Virus record (IMG/VR): IMGVR_UViG_3300017991_000007
Span: 32,001 to 96,000 of that record
DNA: 64,000 nt
Source of the DNA: a virus
Strand: one strand, 5' to 3'
How positions within the stretch are numbered: position 1 is the stretch's first letter; each line of letters opens with the position of its first letter. The notes beneath the pieces were generated by a model. It saw nothing but the letters and a program-made list of their open reading frames with translations, did no database searches and was not told the origin of the DNA. The position numbers and the translations under genes are program-made. Below are positions 1-8,206 of this stretch, one piece after another.

Positions 1-196
1 TCGGAGCGGACAGTTTGCCTTTGTTTTCGCATACTTGGGGCTAAATACTTTCCACATATGGAGTTAGTCAGGGCTTTGGTGCAAAAAATATATTTCGTGG
101 TCCACCAAATATATGTATCGTAAGTACCTGAAACAGTTAGGCTTTTTCGTTTCGAGCGTGTAAAGGGTCATCAAAAGGCTTTTTCGTGGTCCTCTT

Positions 197-754
197 TTGC
201 CTTATACTCTATCTATGAACAAACCAGCATTTCAGCCGTCCCTACAACTCGCACAGGCAAGGGGCATGATCCAAGACACTCAGGGGCGGTTGTTTACCCG
301 GATTGTCTGCCATAGCTCCAAAGCATGTAGCGGCTGTTGCCGGGAGAGTGCAAACGTGGTCCTCACCCCCGACGAACTCCCCGTCATCATGGACCTTGCC
401 AGAATCCGAAATATTCCCACCCCGCTTGTAGAAACCAATGACGAACAGGGCTTGATTGTTATGGCCCCGCAGCATGGCCGGTGCGTTTTCTTTTCACCGA
501 GCAAGAATACCTGTGTGATTCATAAGGACAAGCCCTTATTCTGCCAACTTTATCCGATATGGCTCACACCCAAAGGGCCAATCATCGACGTGTCCTGTCC
601 CATAGGTGATTTCTTTCGCAATCTTCTAAGGTCAAGAGACAAGGAAATGCTCACACTACTCCAAGCCGCCCAAGACCTACTGACACTCTACCCCACGCTT
701 GCGAGCGTCCAAACTAATGCAATCGCTTGCACTGATTCTGTTAATTCAGATTAA
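197..754 (+). CDS. YkgJ/FliB-like cysteine-cluster (CxxCxxCC-type) protein
   Basis: CSGCC...CVFF...CVIHKDKPLFCQLYP pattern; start codon uncertain. Confidence 0.75.
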   Translation: MPYTLSMNKPAFQPSLQLAQARGMIQDTQGRLFTRIVCHSSKACSGCCRESANVVLTPDELPVIMDLARIRNIPTPLVETNDEQGLIVMAPQHGRCVFFSPSKNTCVIHKDKPLFCQLYPIWLTPKGPIIDVSCPIGDFFRNLLRSRDKEMLTLLQAAQDLLTLYPTLASVQTNAIACTDSVNSD

Positions 755-785
755 TCTTGACAAGCCCTTATAGTATTGTTATATT
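718..785 (+). promoter_or_regulatory. TGCA-N6-TGCA site plus sigma70 promoter
   Basis: TGCAATCGCTTGCA 718-731; TTGACA 757-762, 17 bp spacer, TATATT 780-785 with extended TG. Confidence 0.75.
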
Positions 786-808
786 GTGCATTGAAAGGGG
801 GTAGCTAA

Positions 809-1204
809 ATGAAATTTGTATTCCATGATTCTTGTTATTACTGCGGGGATGAGGTAGAGGCTGAGTTTCACCAATATGAAGTAACCCGAATGCAAGTTGG
901 TACGGCTCTTATGTCAAAGGGGTGGGAACAATGTATTAATGCGTCCGGGTGGGACGTATGGAAATGCCCAAAGTGCCAAAAAGCGGAAAGTGAGGCAACG
1001 GTGAAATTACTTGTAGAGTGGCAACCATATGATGAGGCACCTCAGAAAAGTCAAATTAAGGTCAAGGATAAAAACAATACCGCTGAGGTAAAGAAAGCTT
1101 TGTATGCGGATTACATGGAGTCCGGCGGGTTGTCTGAGGATGATATGGATGGATTTACCCCGGATACTTTCGTAACCATTCTGGAAATGTGGGAATTAAA
1201 GTGA
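809..1204 (+). CDS. hypothetical Zn-finger protein
   Basis: GGGGGTAGC RBS; two CxxC motifs. Confidence 0.7.
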   Translation: MKFVFHDSCYYCGDEVEAEFHQYEVTRMQVGTALMSKGWEQCINASGWDVWKCPKCQKAESEATVKLLVEWQPYDEAPQKSQIKVKDKNNTAEVKKALYADYMESGGLSEDDMDGFTPDTFVTILEMWELK

Positions 1205-1461
1205 CGGTCAAAATCCACAACCATGAATCTTGCCCCAAGTGCGGGTATGATTTTCAGAAATTGGCAGACCCCGTGTACGTCAAAGATATGTGTCCTTTCT
1301 GCGGTTGGCCGAATAAACCGAAAGCGATAGGGGAATTTGGTAAGACGGTTTTCATGGACGGGGGTAGAGCTTTTCCTGCGGATATCCTTGAGGGTATGGC
1401 TGAGAAATACGATAAGATGGTCAATAATCCACCAATGGCTAAAGCTAAAACGATTTGTTGA
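1201..1461 (+). CDS. hypothetical Zn-ribbon protein
   Basis: CPKC/CPFC; GTGA overlap with upstream stop suggests start at 1201 (ORF track starts at 1189). Confidence 0.6.
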   Translation: MTVKIHNHESCPKCGYDFQKLADPVYVKDMCPFCGWPNKPKAIGEFGKTVFMDGGRAFPADILEGMAEKYDKMVNNPPMAKAKTIC

Positions 1462-1471
1462 GAGGTCTTGA

Positions 1472-1765
1472 GTGTACCTGAAATTCACCGGCAAAGATAA
1501 AGGCTCTTGGAAAATTGGATCATCGGTTTTCTGCTACAAGAACGGTGACGCTTTTCCTATGGGTAAGGTCATTGCTATCCATGAAAAAGAGGTATCAGTG
1601 GGTATCCGCTTTGTGTTTACCGCTGAGATAGAGCTTGCCTATTGGGGGGAAGCTTTGAAAATGGCAGATGGTTGTGAAAAGCTTTTTGAAAACGCCGGTC
1701 AAAAAATTTGGGTGGATATTGATCCTGAATGCCCGGAAATCGCTGAGGTACGGAGCATATGCTGA
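1472..1765 (+). CDS. hypothetical protein
   Basis: GAGG RBS, tight operon packing. Confidence 0.6.
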   Translation: MYLKFTGKDKGSWKIGSSVFCYKNGDAFPMGKVIAIHEKEVSVGIRFVFTAEIELAYWGEALKMADGCEKLFENAGQKIWVDIDPECPEIAEVRSIC

Positions 1766-2157
1766 CTCACAAACAGCTTATGAAAGTTGCCGGTATTCGG
1801 ACTAGGACTGAGGCGGTAGAGAAATTGGCTGAGGGTAAGATAGGGGTTGATATGGGTATCAAAAAGAGAATTCCTTGGCTGAAAATCGACACCAAGAAAT
1901 ACAAAATCCGGGCTTGGAGTGATCCTAAAACCGGAATCCCTACGAGATATAGATTCACGGTAATTGACAAGGAATTGGTTAAGGTCGTACCGGCCTCAAA
2001 GGTTTTTCTGAATAGTGTTTGTGTGCTTGATGCAATGAGCAATAGACCCGTAACCGGGGCAGATATGGAGTGGAATGCCTACTCCCCCAATAGCCCGGAC
2101 TTGGATGTAGAGATAGATTTTAGACCGCTGCTTGCTCAAGTCCGATTAATTTCTTGA
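1759..2157 (+). CDS. hypothetical protein
   Basis: GGAG RBS, overlaps upstream gene end. Confidence 0.65.
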   Translation: MLTHKQLMKVAGIRTRTEAVEKLAEGKIGVDMGIKKRIPWLKIDTKKYKIRAWSDPKTGIPTRYRFTVIDKELVKVVPASKVFLNSVCVLDAMSNRPVTGADMEWNAYSPNSPDLDVEIDFRPLLAQVRLIS

Positions 2158-2182
2158 CACTCCCTAAAAGTGTTGTTATATT
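2154..2182 (+). promoter_or_regulatory. sigma70 promoter
   Basis: TTGACA-17-TATATT. Confidence 0.8.
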
Positions 2183-2192
2183 ATAGATAGTT

Positions 2193-2372
2193 GCCCGTGG
2201 TAGCCGATGACCGGAGAGAGGCGGGGCAAGGACCGGGGAAACTCGCTACTGCATTGATAAGACGCTTACCGATGATAGCGGTGGACGCGCTGCTTAGTGG
2301 TAAGAAATGCCCTATGTCACGGGGTAAGGTCGCAACCGGTATTATGCGACCTTCGTTTAAGCCCCCACGGGT
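2193..2372 (+). ncRNA. putative structured ncRNA (~180 nt)
   Basis: Begins just after promoter; ends pair (GCCCGTGG/CCACGGGT); internal stems GTAGC/GCTAC, CTTACC/GGTAAG, AAGGTCGCA/TGCGACCTT; overlapping ORF lacks an RBS. Confidence 0.6.
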
Positions 2373-2402
2373 ACCTTAAATTTTCATAATGGAGGTTTGA
2401 AA

Positions 2403-2795
2403 ATGGATGAGCTTAAAAAGGTGCGGGATAGGCTTGCTGAAATGCTCTATGCGTTGGATGAGTTGGTTACAAACCGAGCCGGGGTTAATTCTACAATAGA
2501 TAGGAAAAATATTTCCGTTGCCGGTGTTCCAATTTTTGAAAATGCGCTTAAAGAGCCGGGGGTGGGAGCCGTTTTTATGCTTACGGATAATGAAAGCCGT
2601 TTCACTCTTTCGGAAACCGGGGAAATGCAACTGTTTTCCGATAAAAAGAGCTATGCGACAAGATGGAATAGGTTTGAAATGGCTCATTATATCAGGGTTG
2701 GAATCAAGTCTTGCTTAGAGCGTATGTGCGAAGTTGCCGGATATCCGGTCAAAGAATTCACTTTTGCTAAATTTGTGGGGAATGTAGAGGATTGA
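2403..2795 (+). CDS. hypothetical protein
   Basis: GGAGG RBS before ATG. Confidence 0.7.
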   Translation: MDELKKVRDRLAEMLYALDELVTNRAGVNSTIDRKNISVAGVPIFENALKEPGVGAVFMLTDNESRFTLSETGEMQLFSDKKSYATRWNRFEMAHYIRVGIKSCLERMCEVAGYPVKEFTFAKFVGNVED

Positions 2796-2826
2796 TTTTG
2801 CGATTTAGCTGAGTTTTTAGGAGAGA

Positions 2827-3021
2827 ATGATGACGGTATGTGAAAAGAGCGATTGTCCTTATAATCTCCAAGGGGCTTGCCAAGCCGATTGGAAAGTTAT
2901 GGAAATCACCTCTGAGGGTGTTTTTTATTGTGCCACTGCAATGCAGCTTGACCGTAACGCAAACGTCAAAAGGTCACATAGCTTTGACACCCCAATTCTT
3001 GCTGAGATAGGAAAGAAATAA
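2827..3021 (+). CDS. small Cys-containing hypothetical protein
   Basis: AGGAG RBS; CxxxxCxxNxxxxC motif. Confidence 0.6.
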   Translation: MMTVCEKSDCPYNLQGACQADWKVMEITSEGVFYCATAMQLDRNANVKRSHSFDTPILAEIGKK

Positions 3022-3251
3022 TGAACTTTGATCCTTTGGCACTTTGGAAAGACGGTAACGGAGTCAGTACCTTAACACTGAAAAGCGGTTTGTCGGTTAT
3101 CGTTGAGCGTAAGCGTTCTCAGTGGTGGGTGTATTTGCGGAAAGGTCCGATGAAAAACGGTAGGATTTTGCTGCGGAAAGAACGTACTAAAACGGAAGCC
3201 AAAGACAAAACCTACGAATGGTTGCAAGAGGTGGGTTTGGTCTTTGGCTAG
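3021..3251 (+). CDS. hypothetical protein
   Basis: TAATG coupling; ends in TAG. Confidence 0.6.
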   Translation: MNFDPLALWKDGNGVSTLTLKSGLSVIVERKRSQWWVYLRKGPMKNGRILLRKERTKTEAKDKTYEWLQEVGLVFG

Positions 3252-3289
3252 GGAAGGGTAAAATTTAAGAAGATACTCAGGGGGTAGTT

Positions 3290-3718
3290 ATGGCTGAATT
3301 GAGTAAAAAAGTAAAAGCGGCGGTAGAGGAATATCAATGTTCTGGTTGCGTTGGCGGGTCGGATACGTCCTGCTATGAAGCGGCTCAATTTCATGCCGGG
3401 TGTGAGAGACACGTTGCGGGTACCATCTTTGCGCCTCATATTGGCAGCATTCTTTTAGGAATGCCTAAAGGCTTTAACCGGCTTGGACTTTTGGGAGCGA
3501 AACAACCTATCTGTATTTTCAAGACTTTTGCGGATTCATCCTACACTTTCGATAAGTACAACGTACCGGTTTGGAAAATGGTGCTTAACGGGCATACGTT
3601 TGTGCGGGGCATATCCCCCCGGATCAACATGCCTTTCATTCTGGTTTTTCTTGAGGATTGTGCGGATAAGATAGATTGCTTGGAAATTACTGAGAAAGAC
3701 CTTGAGGAAATGGATTAA
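3290..3718 (+). CDS. hypothetical phage protein
   Basis: GGGGGTAG RBS; CSGC motif. Confidence 0.7.
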   Translation: MAELSKKVKAAVEEYQCSGCVGGSDTSCYEAAQFHAGCERHVAGTIFAPHIGSILLGMPKGFNRLGLLGAKQPICIFKTFADSSYTFDKYNVPVWKMVLNGHTFVRGISPRINMPFILVFLEDCADKIDCLEITEKDLEEMD

Positions 3719-3731
3719 GGGGTAGAGTTAT

Positions 3732-3805
3732 GCGCTTATAGCTCAATGGTAGAGCAAGGGACTCTAAATCCCCGTGCATAGGTTCAAATCCTATTAAGCG
3801 CACCA
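3732..3805 (+). tRNA. tRNA with CUA anticodon (amber suppressor)
   Basis: Cloverleaf: GCGCTTA/TAAGCGC, D arm GCTC-AATGGTA-GAGC, anticodon arm AGGGA-CTCTAAA-TCCCC (one mismatch), T arm ATAGG-TTCAAAT-CCTAT, A73, encoded CCA. Confidence 0.92.
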
Positions 3806-3823
3806 AATAGAGAGGATTACTAG

Positions 3824-4285
3824 ATGAGTAAACCGACTTGTAATATCTGCGGGCAGTTCCTAGAGACAGTTGCCCAAAAATTTGCTGGATTCTGTGATAA
3901 ATGCTGCGATGATCTACTTGATTTGCGGGAAAAGGCCAAGAACTACAAGACCACCCCGCAGGATCAGGACCAACAGCTAAAGGCGGCTGAGAATTTCATG
4001 GAGAAAACCGACAAAATCCCTATTGCCAGCATGGACCCGCTGGTAGCTGAGGCCCGCCTTGCGATTCGCAACTTTCTGGAATTCTACAATGCGGCTGTTA
4101 CCTACCCGGATGTTGTCGAGGTGCTTGAGGATGTGATAAATCAGGCTTGCACCGTGGGGGATGAGCTTGATTCGAGTGCGCTATCTGCCTATGCGGGCGG
4201 GATGCGTCTGTTGGCGAAACTCGGACGGCTGGAAATTACAAAGGAGTACGGGCGGCGGGTTATCGGAAAGTGGGTGGCAGAATGA
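3824..4285 (+). CDS. hypothetical protein with N-terminal Zn finger
   Basis: GAGG RBS; CxxC...CxxC. Confidence 0.65.
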   Translation: MSKPTCNICGQFLETVAQKFAGFCDKCCDDLLDLREKAKNYKTTPQDQDQQLKAAENFMEKTDKIPIASMDPLVAEARLAIRNFLEFYNAAVTYPDVVEVLEDVINQACTVGDELDSSALSAYAGGMRLLAKLGRLEITKEYGRRVIGKWVAE

Positions 4286-4581
4286 GTAGAGGCAAACATG
4301 ATCCGAAACAAGATTTTCCTAAATCTGCTACTCCCTTGCCAAAACCTAAAGATGAGCAAGTGGATTGGGATGCCTTGGTTGATGAGGTTGCTGCCAAGAT
4401 GAGGGAGTTTGTTAATGCCGGTCTGCTAAAGCCTACCCCTATGATTGACTGCGGGGAGTATTGGATTATCCCCCACGAAAACGGGGAGTGGGTTGACTCT
4501 GAGGGTCGGTTATTGATTCGTTGGAAAAAGCCGGTAGAGTATATCACCATGACGGTTATGATAGGTGGGGATGGTGAATAG
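4282..4581 (+). CDS. hypothetical protein
   Basis: ATGA overlap with upstream stop. Confidence 0.6.
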   Translation: MSRGKHDPKQDFPKSATPLPKPKDEQVDWDALVDEVAAKMREFVNAGLLKPTPMIDCGEYWIIPHENGEWVDSEGRLLIRWKKPVEYITMTVMIGGDGE

Positions 4582-4741
4582 TCTCATAGCTGTATTGATC
4601 ATAATTGCCGGGTGGGTTTTAGGTGTTTGGGCATTCGTCATTATCCCCTTGCAGATTTACGCCGGGGTAGATTGGAAAACCAACCCCTTTAAGGCGATTG
4701 AAAAGCAGTGGGATGAGGATAGAAAGCGATACAAGGATTAG
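4571..4741 (+). CDS. small membrane protein (56 aa, not in ORF track)
   Basis: MVNSLIAVLIIIAGWVLGVWAFVIIPLQ... single hydrophobic helix; AGGTGG RBS. Confidence 0.55.
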   Translation: MVNSLIAVLIIIAGWVLGVWAFVIIPLQIYAGVDWKTNPFKAIEKQWDEDRKRYKD

Positions 4742-5196
4742 AAAAGTTCGTCACCTCTCCAATGGAAAATACCGTCAAGCAGATTATTGGAATTGAAGTC
4801 ACCCTCTGGTTGTACCTCAAGTTCATGCTCTTGGATTGGAGCGTCAAGGGATTCTCTGGTTAAGATAATGACCTTCATATCCTTGTGGGTAAAGGGTTTG
4901 TCATAGGGGTAATCCTTTGGCTCATTGGGGTACGCTTTATCATCATATTGCTCTCTAATGCGCCGGAAAAGCCTCAATATGTATTCCTCAGCGGTATCGA
5001 CTATAACCACGTCACCGCCCCGGAAATGGACCTCTAAGGCCAATTCTGCAAGCGCAAGGCGTTGCTCCGGGTAGGTCTGACTGAGGCTCCAAAAAGGCAT
5101 AAAGTTAGGCGGTTGTCCACCTAACTTGCCGGTAACGTATTCTTTGGCGTGATCCTTTTCTATCCAGTAGGTATTTGGAATATAGAACGTGATCAA
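4738..5196 (-). CDS. stand-alone DUF3696-like protein (C-terminal part of AAA_21-type ATPases)
   Basis: YPEQRLALAEL...VIVDTAEEYILRLFRRIRE...EGDF...DGIF...ELF resembles LHP..Q..L..L...ETHSE.L..RL.RRI...G....W..GFF pattern. Confidence 0.55.
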   Translation of the reverse strand: MITFYIPNTYWIEKDHAKEYVTGKLGGQPPNFMPFWSLSQTYPEQRLALAELALEVHFRGGDVVIVDTAEEYILRLFRRIREQYDDKAYPNEPKDYPYDKPFTHKDMKVIILTRESLDAPIQEHELEVQPEGDFNSNNLLDGIFHWRGDELF

Positions 5197-5348
5197 TCGG
5201 TATCCTCTCGTTTTTCTTTACCAAAGCAGTAAGGATCATCCTCAGCGCAATAGCAAACGCTCTTATTGCAGCAAGAGGTGTATCCATCATCGACTACCGG
5301 ATTTTCACGTCCGCAATTGCTACAATGCGGGGTGCCAAAATCTTTCAT
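5193..5348 (-). CDS. small Cys-rich protein (51 aa, not in ORF track)
   Basis: MKDFGTPHCSNCGRENPVVDDGYTSCCNKSVCYC...; 4-nt overlaps with both neighbours. Confidence 0.6.
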   Translation of the reverse strand: MKDFGTPHCSNCGRENPVVDDGYTSCCNKSVCYCAEDDPYCFGKEKREDTD

Positions 5349-5593
5349 ATGCCCACCTCAGCCATTAAAGCGGCGTTTGCAGCCTCATCAAAATCAGGGG
5401 GTACTTGTACCCGATAGGTCGCAAAATCCTCTACCGTTGCCGGACGTAAATTGGAAAAAGCTACATGCTGCGGACCCGGATGCAAAGCGAAAGGTGCGCC
5501 CCTCAAGACGCTTGCCCGCAGTACACCCATATTGACTGCATCAATCATATAGCCAAGAGTATGCTCATTTCGGACAACATAGCAGTTTAACAT
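5345..5593 (-). CDS. hypothetical protein
   Basis: GGAGAGG RBS, coupled operon. Confidence 0.65.
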   Translation of the reverse strand: MLNCYVVRNEHTLGYMIDAVNMGVLRASVLRGAPFALHPGPQHVAFSNLRPATVEDFATYRVQVPPDFDEAANAALMAEVGI

Positions 5594-5862
5594 TCGTCTG
5601 CCTCTCCATTAATGATTTGCAGAAAACCGGTCAACCCGGCCTCAAAGTCACCTATCAATTCAGCTTCCCCGCAACCGTTATAATCCGGGTCAACCTCAAG
5701 AAAGCAGACGTGCGGATTTTCGTGATCCGGGTCATAAACATGGTGCATTTCGCCAAGCACTAAGCCGTTGCTGGAATCAATTACAAAGTAGGTAGCAACC
5801 GAGCCGTTGCCGTCTGCGGATGCCTCAGTAAGCTCCGTATGAATGTCATTGCGATTCAACAT
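5587..5862 (-). CDS. small acidic hypothetical protein
   Basis: GAGGTGG RBS, TAATG coupling. Confidence 0.65.
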   Translation of the reverse strand: MLNRNDIHTELTEASADGNGSVATYFVIDSSNGLVLGEMHHVYDPDHENPHVCFLEVDPDYNGCGEAELIGDFEAGLTGFLQIINGEADEC

Positions 5863-6077
5863 TATACCACCTCATCAAAAACGTCATTGGCTATGTAGAA
5901 AACAATATCCGCTGCGGCTGCGTTGGCTATGCAGTCCAGACCCAAGGCGTTTGCGCCCGCAAGAGTGTTTTCCAAGTCGGTAGTTTCCGCAGTGAGTTCC
6001 TGCGGGGTCATGGAGTCGTAAAGGTCCAAGGCCAATTCGTCTGCTATTTCCAAGTTGTGTAAGGTTAAGTCAGTCAT
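5862..6077 (-). CDS. small acidic early protein
   Basis: AAGGGG RBS before MTDLTL; longer track start would overlap the promoter. Confidence 0.65.
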   Translation of the reverse strand: MTDLTLHNLEIADELALDLYDSMTPQELTAETTDLENTLAGANALGLDCIANAAAADIVFYIANDVFDEVV

Positions 6078-6131
6078 TGCATTTCCCCTTTCGGTGTTGG
6101 CTTGTTGTGTCGTTTGATTCATCATGCGTAA

Positions 6132-6189
6132 AGTATAACAAGTCCCTAGAGCGTTGTCAACAAAAAAGTGCAATTAATTGCACTTTTTT
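6132..6189 (-). promoter_or_regulatory. leftward sigma70 promoter with upstream palindrome
   Basis: TTGACA-17-TATACT on minus strand; perfect 28-bp palindrome AAAAAAGTGCAATTAATTGCACTTTTTT 6162-6189. Confidence 0.85.
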
Positions 6190-6215
6190 ATAAGATGTTG
6201 AAAATAAAGAGCATT

Positions 6216-6473
6216 TTATCCATTCATTAAGAGTAAAGAGCCTAAGCCTCTATTCATAGCCTCTTGCCAAATTACGTGAAACTGAATTTCCAAGGTATGT
6301 ACTACCCGGTCAACCGTCCTACCGCCGTGGGGGTGATCCTCACAAAGCAGATTGATATTCCGGCGCAAGTCACCGCTGAAACGTACCAAGCTGAAATCAT
6401 CCATAGACATAGCGGTTATTCGGGTTGAAACGGCCAAATCCCTATCAAAATTTTCCTGATTAAAATTCGGCAT
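6216..6473 (-). CDS. hypothetical early protein
   Basis: AAGGAG RBS before MPNFNQ. Confidence 0.65.
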   Translation of the reverse strand: MPNFNQENFDRDLAVSTRITAMSMDDFSLVRFSGDLRRNINLLCEDHPHGGRTVDRVVHTLEIQFHVIWQEAMNRGLGSLLLMNG

Positions 6474-6521
6474 TTCGTTTCTCCTTTCTTGGCTTATGTC
6501 ATTATTGGTTTCCATGCCCTA

Positions 6522-6624
6522 ACTCTATCAAGGCTTAAAAGCCGTGTCAAGTAAAAAATGCAAGCGATTGCACTTTTTTATTTTTCAGAAATTACTTGAC
6601 AAGTCTTTTCAGGTGTGTTAGTAT
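6522..6624. promoter_or_regulatory. divergent sigma70 promoters flanking TGCAAGCGATTGCA
   Basis: Minus TTGACA-17-TAGAGT; site 6559-6572; plus TTGACA(6596)-17-TAGTAT. Confidence 0.8.
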
Positions 6625-6654
6625 TCCTTTATAATTTACGCACGGGGGTAGCGA

Positions 6655-7194
6655 ATGGCAAAGAAAAAGCCGGTCAAATGGGAGCCTTTCAAAGAGGCAT
6701 ATTACCCGGATGATTTTCCGCTTGATGACGATAAGGTTTACAAGAATAATCAGTATCAGGTAGCAGCCAAGCTTTATCCCTCTCAAGGGGGTTTTCCTCA
6801 GTATGTGGGGCTTTCCATTAAGAAGCTGAATAAACACCCCGTACATGATTGGCGGGATTTGCAGCGTATAAAAAATGAGTTGTGCGGGATCAATTGTCAA
6901 GCTATTGAGATTTACCCGCCTGAGTCTGAGTTGGTGGATACTGCCAACCAATATCATCTTTGGGTATTCCCGCCGGGTATCTGCTTACCTATCGGATTTA
7001 GTGAGCGGCGTGTTTCGTGTGATCCTGAATTCCAAGAGCAATTAGAGCAAGATTGTGCTGGTATCGGGATTGATCCAAAGCAGTTGAATAAATCCAAGCA
7101 AAGAGAATTCAAAGAGCATCATAAATGCCGGACCTTGCCGGAAATCGGTAGGGTATGGCAGGATGTTGGCTATGAGGGGGTAGAGGATGATTGA
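6655..7194 (+). CDS. conserved phage hypothetical protein
   Basis: HDWRDLQRIKNEL...EIYP.ESELVD.ANQYHLW motif; ACGGGGGTAGCGA RBS. Confidence 0.75.
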   Translation: MAKKKPVKWEPFKEAYYPDDFPLDDDKVYKNNQYQVAAKLYPSQGGFPQYVGLSIKKLNKHPVHDWRDLQRIKNELCGINCQAIEIYPPESELVDTANQYHLWVFPPGICLPIGFSERRVSCDPEFQEQLEQDCAGIGIDPKQLNKSKQREFKEHHKCRTLPEIGRVWQDVGYEGVEDD

Positions 7195-7414
7195 TATCAC
7201 TAAGCCCGTTACCACGGCAAAAGGGCAGCGTGTTATCGGATTGCAGCGGGTACCATGCAACTCTGAGGGTAGAAAAGTAACCTACCCTTTGAAGGGTAGC
7301 GTTGTGGTTTGTGAAAAGCCTTTCAGGACTGAGTACAATGTTTGGACTGATAGCGGCGTGTGGGATGTAGTCTGGAATAGGCACCCGGAACTTAACTTGA
7401 TTCAAGGGGGTTGA
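7187..7414 (+). CDS. hypothetical protein
   Basis: GGGGTAGAGG RBS, overlap. Confidence 0.65.
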   Translation: MIDITKPVTTAKGQRVIGLQRVPCNSEGRKVTYPLKGSVVVCEKPFRTEYNVWTDSGVWDVVWNRHPELNLIQGG

Positions 7415-7416
7415 AA

Positions 7417-7671
7417 ATGGCCTTAGTGAGTAGAGAGGAAAAGGACGGCGTTCATATTGACGTGGTTTGTGATCATTGCGGTGCGGTCAATGATGCGGAT
7501 GTAACGCATGATATTGCCGGAAATTATTGCAGCAAACCGGAGTGTCAAAAAGTTTGGTGGAAAAACCGAAAAAAAGGTAAGGCATTTATGGGTAAGCTTT
7601 TGAAAACCACTATGAATTTCATTGAGGGAATGGATGATCTTGCTAAAGAATTTGAGGAAAGTAAGAAATGA
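7417..7671 (+). CDS. hypothetical Zn-binding protein
   Basis: CDHC...CSKPEC; GGGGG RBS. Confidence 0.6.
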   Translation: MALVSREEKDGVHIDVVCDHCGAVNDADVTHDIAGNYCSKPECQKVWWKNRKKGKAFMGKLLKTTMNFIEGMDDLAKEFEESKK

Positions 7672-7904
7672 CGGCGTTTACTTTTGTGGGAGTGTTGGCG
7701 GTTGGTTTCATCCTTGGGGTGATTTTAGGGCTTTCAATGGGGAGTCAAAAAAGAAAGCTACTTGAGGAATTGCAGGAAACTTATGAGGAAACGGTTGCCA
7801 AGCAAAAAGAGGCAATCAAGCATCAAGATTCTGCTATCGAAACTCAGAAAGAAGCTATTGAAAAGCTTATGCTGAGGCTCAAGGTAGATTATCCTTTTGT
7901 GTGA
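7668..7904 (+). CDS. membrane-anchored coiled-coil protein
   Basis: N-terminal hydrophobic helix followed by heptad-like tail. Confidence 0.65.
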   Translation: MTAFTFVGVLAVGFILGVILGLSMGSQKRKLLEELQETYEETVAKQKEAIKHQDSAIETQKEAIEKLMLRLKVDYPFV

Positions 7905-7912
7905 GGTAATAA

Positions 7913-8206
7913 ATGAAATTCCGGCTTGAACCTATGGACCTTTTTCCTCTGAATAATATCAGCGGGAAAATCCCTATGGACCTTTTAATTAAAGTTCATT
8001 GGGGTGGTATGTCCAAGTCAAGCTTTTCGCTTGAGTCTTTTATCAGGCAGTACACGCCGGATAAGGTTATCTCATTTTCGGATGCAACGGGTGTGGGGGA
8101 ACCTCTTGTAATGAGGCATTCACAGCTTATGGAAAAGCTTGAGATTGAGGGTATCTTAAAAAAGTGGGAGCGCATTCAGGATGAGCGGGAAAACCGAAAG
8201 CGATAA
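7913..8206 (+). CDS. hypothetical protein
   Basis: GAGGT RBS. Confidence 0.6.
   Translation: MKFRLEPMDLFPLNNISGKIPMDLLIKVHWGGMSKSSFSLESFIRQYTPDKVISFSDATGVGEPLVMRHSQLMEKLEIEGILKKWERIQDERENRKR

Noticed and set aside
2200-2250. Hammerhead ribozyme
   Set aside because: Core reads CCGAUGA/GGAAAC rather than CUGAUGA/CGAAAC and no stem III cleavage triplet is evident.
3732-3805. tRNA-Pyl, or a downstream theta ribozyme
   Set aside because: Canonical D loop GG, TTC T loop and A73; only 18 nt separate it from the next gene.
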